Source: Chlorokybus atmophyticus (lineage: Eukaryota; Plantae; Mesostigma and Chlorokybus algae). From it: a stretch of 64,000 bases of DNA. The DNA lies in NCBI GenBank assembly GCA_009103225.1, contig RHPI01002262.1, positions 940,585-1,004,584 of the forward strand. Direction: 5' to 3'. The notes beneath the pieces are model-generated. The model saw nothing but the letters and a program-made list of their open reading frames with translations. It was not told the origin of the DNA and ran no database searches. Numbering within the stretch: the first letter of the stretch is position 1; each line of letters begins with the position of its first letter. The position numbers were made by a program, and so were the translations under genes. Shown one piece after another: positions 10,453 to 19,299 of the stretch.

Positions 10453-13400
10453 TCACGTGGAAGTGCAGTAAACGTTCACCCAATACTTGCCCTCTTGTAC
10501 ACGGGCGCTGTCCTTGTCAAACATGTGGAGCAGCTGGACAATGCCTTTTACTAGCTCCAGAGTCACGACATCGAGATGTGGACCGCCTCGACGCTTTTCC
10601 CATTCCAGAGCGATGCACTTTGTGTCGCTCGTCACATCCAGCTTCGTGTACCAGCGGACAAACACGACCTCCTTCCACACGCGCTCGCCGCTACCACCCC
10701 ACACCACCACGCGCAGAAAAAGGAGTGCCTGAGCCCACCACGTCACGTTCACACCGTCCTCATCACCTTCCAACTCAAGTGTAGAGAACCAAGGCCGCCC
10801 ATGGAACATCCCAGTTGCGCGCGCCATGCTGACTCCTGATGTCATGTATACCGCTGCGCCTGCGTTCACCACGCGAACAGCACGCCACCCGTCGGCCAAC
10901 TCCAGTTGTTCCCTCCTCAACCAGCTGTCCAGGGTGGCAGGCAGCTTGTCGGCAAATGGAGTCTTCAAGGCGACTTGGCGGCTACGCGCAGATCCGCTCC
11001 AGTACGGGCTGGACTCCCTCCTTGTCAGCACATCCATCCGTAGCAACTTGTCCGTCTTCTCCATGACATTACAGCACTGCTGCCGCGCCTGCGCCATGAC
11101 CGAGCGCATCTCGGGATCCACGACCATGCCATCCTCTCTCACATATTCCGCACAGCTCCATGCCTTCAGGATACGTGCCTGGTAGTCCCGGTTGTTGCCA
11201 CCACGCGCCCACCGTTTGATATTTTGGGCGTGCGTCTGCTCCATGCGGTTGGCGCTGAACCAATCTGGGTGTCCACTGCTGACAATTGCCGGCCCAAAAT
11301 GAGTGAGCTGATGCATCTTCTCGATCTTCCAACCTGACTTCTGTGCAGAATATGACGACAGTAGCGGATGCAACACTGCAGCTTTGAAGGCAGCCAGCTC
11401 GTTGTCGGCTGTGGTCAGGGTCTTTCTTGTGTGTTCATGCGCCTTCAGCAACTTCTTGTTCCACTGGGCAAACGATGCGGCAGCAATGGTGAAGAAATCG
11501 TTGCCCTCACTGTCGAGCAGCAAACCGTCTGCGAGGACCGGCAGCAGCTGCAGCACCGCCACTTTCTCCACCACCTGAAAGGAGTGGTTGAACAGGAAGA
11601 AATCTATTGTGCTTGTGGGTGCCTTGAAGTGCGAAACCCGCAGAGTCGCCTTGCATGCATTCAGCCTGTGCACATCTGCTCGTGAGCACGTGTTGTTGGC
11701 TTTTGTGTTCAACACAAAAGCAACACCAAAGACGTGCCTGGCCTGCAGAATCTGTCTCGTGGATGGACGCATTCGTTCCTTCGCGGCGTCGTACACAGCA
11801 GCAAGCAGGTGGTCAATGATGCCTCCCAGCACATGCATTGCGTCAGGGGCAAGACGAGAGTAGCAGTCAGCTCCCGGCACCCGCGACTGTCGCCAACCCC
11901 ACAGTGCATTCTGTTGCCAAACCACATTGCCTGGTTTCACGGAAAGCCATTCATCCTCACGAATGCCGGTAATTTGACCATTACCTCCTCGACATGCATG
12001 GAGTGCTGCTCTTTGAAAGCCTTGGCTGTCTGGCGTGCATTCCTAACACCGCTATGCAGGTCCGCCCGCAGCTGACGTATTGCTGGTGTGTAGAAGGCCT
12101 CGGTTCTCAATTCCCGGTCCTCATCCATCTCCAACAGATCTGATTTGGTGACGAGACAAACATCGCAAGGATGTCGTGTTTGGTTGCCCGACACAGTGCG
12201 TGCGAGTGTGGTAGTCTCCTACAACACGACAAACTCAGATGTTCTACTGACAACATCCTCCATGCACTATTTGCTGGCGGGCTGCATCCGGTTACAACCA
12301 TTCATGCCCACCACCTGCAAATCGCTGATGTAGTTGGCAAGCGCGGGAAACACACGACGCTCGATGCCATTCGGGTCGATGAGCTGCAGACCTTCCCAAC
12401 TCGCCCGCTTCATCCCCTAACACTAAATTCAAAGCGTCATGAAAAATCTCACGTTTCCGAATGGAGAACGATTCCTTGCCCTGCGCCCAGGTGGGATGCC
12501 CGGCCACTGCGTGAACCACCGGCAGAAGCGCTATCATAACAACCCCCATGTTGCTAGCATACATGTCCCAACTGTAGTTGGCAAGCGATGCCATCAGAGG
12601 GTAGCCAGAGCGCTTGCCCGCGCTGTCCAGCGTGGTCTTGTCACTGTACAGAATGGCAGGCGCCAAGTAGGACGCTTCCCCCACCTCTCTCCTCAAATCC
12701 ACCTCCACATCCTTCCACCAATCGCCCGTGGAAGGATGGCCAAAGCTGTGCTCGTCACCAGTGTACTGGAGATTGAAGCCATTGGCCGCATGTGGATTGC
12801 CATACAACCGCGCGAGCCATACCTGCTCCGACCAAGAGCATTACTTACTAAGCTGGCCTCAGAATAGATACTGCATCGATACTGCATTAGGTACTGCATT
12901 TCACAGACCTTGGCCGGCATATATGTGACGCAGCTGTCCTGATCCTCAGGGTCTCCGGGCTTGCGCAGGTCAGCCGTCACGTAGTTCTGATACGGCAGCA
13001 CACTCGCATGTGCATATGTGACATGGCTCTGATGGTTGAAGCACATGCACCGCACACCGTGAACACACCTCAGACTGAGAGAAAGCAATCGTGGTCCGGA
13101 GGTAGCTGGCCGCATGCACACCGGTCTCCCACTGGAGGTCTTCCGTCAGGAAGTGTGCATTTCGGATGCACTTGATGATCCGCCCCATGTCGGAGGCCGA
13201 CAGGCCTTGGCCGTTGTTGCACTGCACGAATGCCACTGCAAGAGCATGCTCCGAGCCATACCACCTGGATTCCGACGCGTGCGAAGGGACGCCTCCACTT
13301 CCATGTTGGCGTGCCACAGGTTTCTCAGGCACACGCACACATCGAAAGCCCTCGTTCACTTCCTCCTCCTCCTGTTGCTGCTGTGCGTGTGTCTCCTGGA

Positions 13401-13593
13401 GGAATCCTTCAGCATCAAGCATGTGAGCATCCTGGATCGAACTCCCCGGTTCAACATGACCCGCATCGTACTGTAATGGACGCTGGCCGACATACAGCTT
13501 GATCTGCTTGCACACCCTGCTGCTAATAATGTGCATGTAGACCGAGCTGCGTGTGGCGAAGCGCATGTGGCAATACGGACAAATGACTCCCAT
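10453..13593 (-). CDS. Plavaka-family DDE transposase with N-terminal zinc finger (exons 13593-13069, 12986-12909, 12822-12315, 12218-11985, 11910-10453); apparent 1-nt frameshift
   Basis: LYGNP...TGDWW, LYSDKTTLD...GKRSGYP, GIERRVFPALANYISDLQE...HPCDVCLV, PDAMH, KMHQLTHF...GHPDWFSANRMEQTH, and a C-terminal VFVRWY region, matching recalled Plavaka consensus. The frame changes at the C4 run 12414-12417. Confidence 0.85.
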
Positions 13594-13740
13594 ATGTCAC
13601 TACTAACGTCGACAGGTGTCGCCAATGTAACCTGCATCATATCCAGCAACACGCACACCCGCCGCCGCCGCCGCCACCGCCACCGCCACCGCTACCGCTA
13701 CCGCTGCATGCCAGAGGCGGGAAACTTGGCCGCCAGTCAC

Positions 13741-13942
13741 TGGCTCCGTCGTACCATTATAATGGTACGATCGAGCCATTGCACGTCCAGGGTGAGTCTC
13801 TGGATATATATATATACATATATATTCTGATTGAACCGTTTCAATGGTACGAAGATGCCTTTGCCAAAAGGTATAGGCATTGTACAAAGGTACCATTGAA
13901 ATGGTACCTTTGTACAATGGCAATGGCAGTTCGTACCATTGA
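13741..13942. promoter_or_regulatory. GTACCAT palindrome cluster 3, between the divergent transposase and coiled-coil genes
   Basis: Perfect 22-bp palindrome TCGTACCATTATAATGGTACGA at 13749-13770. 20-bp inverted repeat at 13878-13897/13900-13919, nested inside TCAATGGTACGAA (13841-13853) and TTCGTACCATTGA (13930-13942). An (AT)n run lies at ~13803-13824. Confidence 0.65.
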
Positions 13943-14100
13943 CAACTCTGGCAATGTCAGTCCCCCTGCGCATGAAAACACCATTGATAGCTCCGCCAAG
14001 CTATGCCCTTACAGGGGCGTGATGCCGAGGGTATGTGGCGTTTGGAAGATCGTTGGCGGCGCTGCCAGGGGCGTAGTGGGCATTGTGGTCGAGGTCCGGG

Positions 14101-14950
14101 ATGAATTCCATGTTCGCACAGGGCGGGCAGGGTGCCGGAGGGGTGTCCTCGGTGTCAAACCCCACCAAGACTACCAAGGGCACATCCAATGACAACAGTG
14201 ACTCGGGCGATATCTTACAGGGCTCCCCCTCCGAGTGGGCAAAGGCACACCACAATACTGCCTCTAAGAAAATCCGACCCACCAGCAGCTGCGACCACGG
14301 CGACATGATTGAAGGGACCAAACAAGACTGGCATAACCAAGGTGGGTTACGATGCACTGTCAATGCCACATGCTAGGGTTCTTTTATCTTGCACATGCAC
14401 AGCCTCAAGTATCTTGCACTTGACATACATTGTCAATACGACATGCACACCCTCATGCACAACCTCCAGTGTCATGCACATGAACAGCATGACCAATCTC
14501 GCAAATGCACAGCCTATTTCTACTTGCGGGAGCTCACAAGTCGCAAAAGAGAAGCTGCGGAGTCAAACGAACGGGTAATCTATGACCTAGTTTAATGTTT
14601 CCAGCGGTAATTAAGCAGTATGCTTGCAGATTGCCATGTTGGTCAGAGTGAACCAAGAGCAGCGCGGCAGGCTGACTGTCTGCCTGGCGGAGTGCAACAA
14701 AGCGGAAGACGAGGTAAGCGTGTGTATGCTGATGGGCTAGTCCTCTGGCAGCACGCCACTCTTACAGCATTACCAAATGCAGGTGGTCACTCTCAAAGCG
14801 ACCATCAAGCGCATGCGCGTGCACGGCGAGGCGCTGACATTCAAGCTGAAGGACGAAGTGGCCGCTGTACTGTCAGCGAGCAAGGCAGCGGATGACTCCG
14901 GCCTTGAAGCAGAAGACTCGTCGGAGGAGGAACATGAGGAGGGGGTTTGA
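14101..14950 (+). CDS. Small 4-exon protein with predicted coiled-coil and acidic tail, unknown function
   Basis: Phase-compatible GT-AG exons give MNSMFAQGG...WHNQ/AYFYLRELTSRKREAAESNER/IAMLVRVNQEQRGRLTVCLAECNKAEDE/VVTLKATIKRMRVHGEALTFKLKDEV...EDSSEEEHEEGV*. Confidence 0.6.
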
Positions 14951-15799
14951 GGAGGAGTTCTGAGGCAGGCACCATGGGTTGACAAGCTGCGCATGAGTCC
15001 GACAGCTAGACTCAATGTTATAGGGTAGTTTTATGCGCAAGTCGGCTGCTCAGTTGTAAGTGGACATACTCTCACCACTGCCCGTACATTGTACATATTG
15101 TGGGCTTTTAGGTGCAAGACCAAACAATCAGTCCAAGGTTTGTACAGAGAGGTGCATGGCATGTTAGTGTTGGCTTACGGCAAGAATTGCCAACTTTTGT
15201 CAAATGGCAAGGGTCACATATTAACAGCAGTGTAACGGCAAAGAAACTGCCGGCTATTGCTGTCAGCTGTCCGTAACTACCGGTCAACGGCCGTCTGTGC
15301 ACATCGACCAAAGGGTAACTGGTTGACAACTCTCGGCCGGTTAGTGCCACTGACAACCACTTTCGGCCCGCGGCCGTCTGCGTCACTCCACTTAAGCCAA
15401 CGGCAAACCCAACAGTCCAAAAGTAATATTTCAGGCAGCAACAGGCAGGCTCAGGCAGGCTCAAGCACCAGTCAGTCCCTCAGTCCTTAGTCAGTCACCG
15501 TGTAAAATTTGCGACGTTGGCGCAAAGACATTGCTTAGCACCTTTTGTCATGTGGAAGCGCTTTTCATATGGAAAGGTTGTTTTGATGGTGCACGCCTTC
15601 TTGCGTTCTTCAAGTTTGTGGAGATTCAAGGTGCTTGTGGTTGAATGGTCATGATGCCAAAAAGAGGTTTGGTTGTGTCAAAAGAGCTCCCCCCGTACTA
15701 AAATAATTACCGATCAAAAGTCATATTCAGCGTGCTTGCAAGACTCTGAACTTAGTTGGCATATATGCCAAAACATGACAAAATGCAAATTACCTCGCA

Positions 15800-17640
15800 C
15801 TGCTTGGATACTTTTACAAAGTGCTGCGAACACTACAGATGTAAATGTACACTACTTAAGGTCCTTTGGGGTGCCTAGCATCTTCTCGTTCTCCAAGAGG
15901 ATAGCAGGCACCCCGCTTATTCTCAACCTTAAGATATGTTTCTTCAAGATGATGAATCAAGATTTCAAGTGCGGCTCTATATCTGTTCAGCCCATCAAGT
16001 GACTTGTGTGAGGTCTTGCTTGCTTGGCGGTTAGTGCTTTTTGCGCTGTGGGTCGTCACCATGGCTTCACAGCCTTCTCGAAAAGAGGTTTTCTTGTTCT
16101 AGCCTGAAGCAACAGTTGCAGTAACAGATGTTGTCTCTACACATTGTAACCATAAACAGTATGTAACATATGCAAAAAATGCAACACAAAAACTACTTAT
16201 GGTTGACATGTCTGGCCTTGTCTACCACATTGCAGGGCCTGCACAACACCCCAAGTTCTTGCATTAATGGTGATGCCGCACCAATTCTTGCAAAGAAGCT
16301 CGAGGTGCAAGTGGTACTTGCATTGGGCGTGTGTTACTATATTAGTTTTTCTATTGCATTCCTCTCCATTTGGTGAGACATATGCACACGTCCGTCCACC
16401 ACAATGGCCAAAACATGCTTAATTTGGCAGCTGTTTGGCACTTGTAACTCAAACGCTTATAGTTGCCCTCATGAATATCTAGTCCCATTCAGGGCAATGT
16501 CTGTCAAGGTGCAAGTGCTGCTTGCAGTACTACCACTCCTCGTTTTTCGTGTGTGGTTGGATACACCCTTCCTCCTTGCAAAAATGACCGCTCAGTTGTA
16601 AAAAGCAAGAGCGTTGGGCCTGCAGGGTTAAGTTGCATTTCACAATGTTCGACAGCTTACATGTAATCGTCGTTCTGTGAGTTGCTGTTTTTTAGCAGGA
16701 ATTGCACCAGTCATCATTGATTCCGAACATTGGTGTGTTTTTGCAACCTTCACGCTTGCAAGGTCTTCTTTTGCGACAAGGAAAACAGGGTTTGAAACAT
16801 GGTTAAGGGAAGGGTAAGCAAGAGTCAAAACTTATTTTAGATACTTGAACTGAATGTCTGTCCTTAGTCCGGCTCTTGGCACATTTCTCCCTACCTCCCC
16901 CCCACACCTTTCGTCGATATTGTGTAACCCAGGCACATCCTTTGCTTACCGCGATGAAAGTAATAAGTGCGCCGGATTTTTTCCCACTTAGATGGAGAGG
17001 TTTTCTTCTTGCAACCTGATACTGAGCAATGGTAAGCGCATGCTGTTGTCAGCAGCTGGTGACGTGATTGGATCCCCTGGTAGTGCAATATGCCTATGCA
17101 CGCAAGAGCATGTTAATGGGGGCTGAGGAATGCTTTTTGCTGCGAATAATATGAATGCTCACCTGAACAACCTTGACTACCTCGGGGCGAGGGTTTTCTT
17201 ATCACTGTCATGCTCTGAACGTAGTCCGCAAGACAGATAGTCAGCTTGATAAGGATGAGCACATCGTCAACCATTTCATTAGATATCCATACCTTTTGCT
17301 CCGCTGATTGCCAGTGTCATTGTCACTGACTCGGTCGTAGGTGCGCTTGCCTAGGTACGAAGCCGGGACAGTGCGCTAACTTCAAGTTTGCAGGGAAGTT
17401 CGCAGGGATCTATTGCCGCAGCTCTTCCTTACTGCTACTCGCATCCGAGCGGATTGCTTGGCGAGTGCCTGCAGTTGTGGCTTCGTCTGAAGTGCTTGAA
17501 CTTCTGCCACCGTAGTCACAACAGAGCTTCTATCAGCGGGAGATAATGGTTGAGCGTGAGCACCCATTACAACAAAGGCGATTCCCTTAGAACATAGTAA
17601 AACATCCGTAGTCAATGCTGCACATGCTACGCTACCGCCC
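15800..17640 (-). pseudogene. Heavily decayed multi-exon gene with repeated Cys/His zinc-finger-like units
   Basis: Minus-strand fragments HCSVSGCKKK, CKREGCKNTPMFG..WCNSC*, CKEEGCIQPHTKNEEW*YCKQHLHL and ECNRKTNIVTHAQCKYHLHL, with several in-frame stops and GT-AG-like boundaries. Confidence 0.4.
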
Positions 17641-18069
17641 ATTAAACCAGTCCACTAAGCATCCGGCACGCTAAACTACGCCCACCACACTAGTGCGCTA
17701 AGCATCCAGCATAGTGACAACCGGAAGAACATGCTCAGCCACATGTTGCACTACCACACGCCATAGCAAGCTGAGCTTCCAATAATAGCGACACACTTTG
17801 CTCATACACATGTCGCAGCAGTTAAAGCCATACACCCAAACCCCCAGTGCACTCGCAGTTTCCCGTAGCGTCATGATTGTCGGCGTGGAGGATAATTGCG
17901 ACGTCACGCATTGCAGGTCCTATTCGATTCCGAAGTGGGCGCATGTTGAGTGATACGCGACATGTCCCTCTGATGTCACATATTGTAACGACATGATAAT
18001 GGGCAAAGGCGAACACAACTGCTTATATATGATTACAACTACACGCTCGTAGATGTCGCAACCACTGTC

Positions 18070-18924
18070 TCACAAGCCCGCATTGTTTTCGAGCTTCTGT
18101 ATGAGAAACTCTACAATATGCTCTGTCTTCCAGTGATCAATTCTGCCAAACGCATGAATGAGTATCACAACATGTTGTAGTCAAGAAGAAGGACGCAATT
18201 GCCTCACCGTATCGACTCTTCTGACTTTTTGCCGAAGTCATTCCCTAGCAATAGCTTTGGTGATGATCCGGGCCGATATCGCACTTTTAAGTTCTTGAAG
18301 CTGCTAGCCTTTTTGTCTATGAACTCCTGTACATGAGGGTACTGCCTGCACATTACATGGTCAGAAAGGATGTCTACAGTCACTACCGATAGTCTGCTCA
18401 AAGTTGTGCGCATAACAACTCACCCTAGCTTCCAACCGCAAACCTCCAGCACCGCGAGCTTGTAAGTGTTCTGCACAGCGAAGAGAATGGTTCTGTCGTT
18501 ATTTGTTGTCCATGGAGATTCCCGACCACTGACGCATTGCACAAGCAAAGCACTGATGCATATATAACCTGATTGCGTTCAACCCCGCTCTCCTGCGAGC
18601 AACACCGCCGGCAGTCAGCCTCCAGCTCCTCGTCTTGCACATACCTATACACGCATGCATGCAGGGCATACCTCACGATCAACACATTTCAGATGTTTCG
18701 AAGGAGTAAAGGGTATATACTAGAATGCAGTAATCAACGCTGAAGAATGGTTGAACCTGCTCAAGCCTTGCTTACTGTGCAAGCAGATCGCAGTCAGAGC
18801 ACACCGCTAGCCCCGTGAACCCAAGCGCCTCGCATTCCGAGGACGACGAGGATTCAGCCACAGAGGGCAGCGCGGCGGCGGTCACCGCCAGCCACACCGC
18901 CAGCCACACCGCCCCCCCCGCCAT
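18070..18924 (-). CDS. SELENOF: Selenoprotein F (Sep15) homolog with CGW instead of CGU (exons 18924-18776, 18644-18569, 18470-18424, 18345-18208, 18142-18070)
   Basis: Signal peptide, then ECEALGFTGLAVCSDCDLLAQYVQDEELEADCRRCC...TYKLAVLEVCGWKLGQYPHVQEFIDKK...VRYRPGSSPKLLL...ESIRIDHWKTEHIVEFLIQKL. All four introns are GT-AG and phase-compatible. Confidence 0.92.
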
Positions 18925-19299
18925 GGCACCGATATCGACACTTGGCTGATATCAACGCAATTCAGCCGAACCAAGTCATCAATCAGTGACCGGATCTTGT
19001 CGTGATTTGCCGGACAGTATGAGTGCTTAGACTGAAACATTGACGTGAGCAAGCGAGAACGCCAATAACAGTGCCGGTTCAATTTACATGCGGAGTTGTG
19101 AACCGGCGACAGTGAGGACAGTGAGGACAAAGTGCTTGTGGACAGTGCTGGCGGTGTGGGCGGCATGGGCGGTGGCGGCTGCGGTCGCGGCGGCGTCTGC
19201 ATGCGAGCAGCATTTGTGTCGTCTGGTAGTCCATGGGGAGTCTCGCCAACTCGCTTCCTGGGTTGGAGAAGGTGAAAACATGCGGCGACAGCTGTCTGC

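Larger units (their letters stand above)
1028..15502. mobile_element. Putative large Plavaka-type (CMC/CACTA-related) DNA transposon with several cargo genes; ends not defined
   Basis: Plavaka-type transposase at 10453-13593, flanked by non-housekeeping genes that share a palindromic upstream motif, carry premature stops and have short introns without CA/TG repeats. Tandem-repeat array at the left side. No TIR or TSD could be confirmed by eye, so the boundaries are approximate and could extend to ~17.7 kb. Confidence 0.6.

Noticed and set aside
995-15502. Terminal inverted repeats pairing CACCTGAGG (995) with CACGGTGACT (reverse of 15502)
   Set aside because: Similarity is weak and gapped, and the flanking bases give no target-site duplication.
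15550-16100. Giant-virus-type endonuclease (ENKR...RPIVFIRFNP-like) downstream of the Cys repeats
   Set aside because: Only an ENKR word and vague hydrophobic similarity across frames; catalytic motifs are not recognisable.
17600-18069. SECIS element downstream of SELENOF
   Set aside because: RTGA...AA candidates have the wrong spacing and no complementary helix with a GA quartet by eye; a covariance search is still needed.
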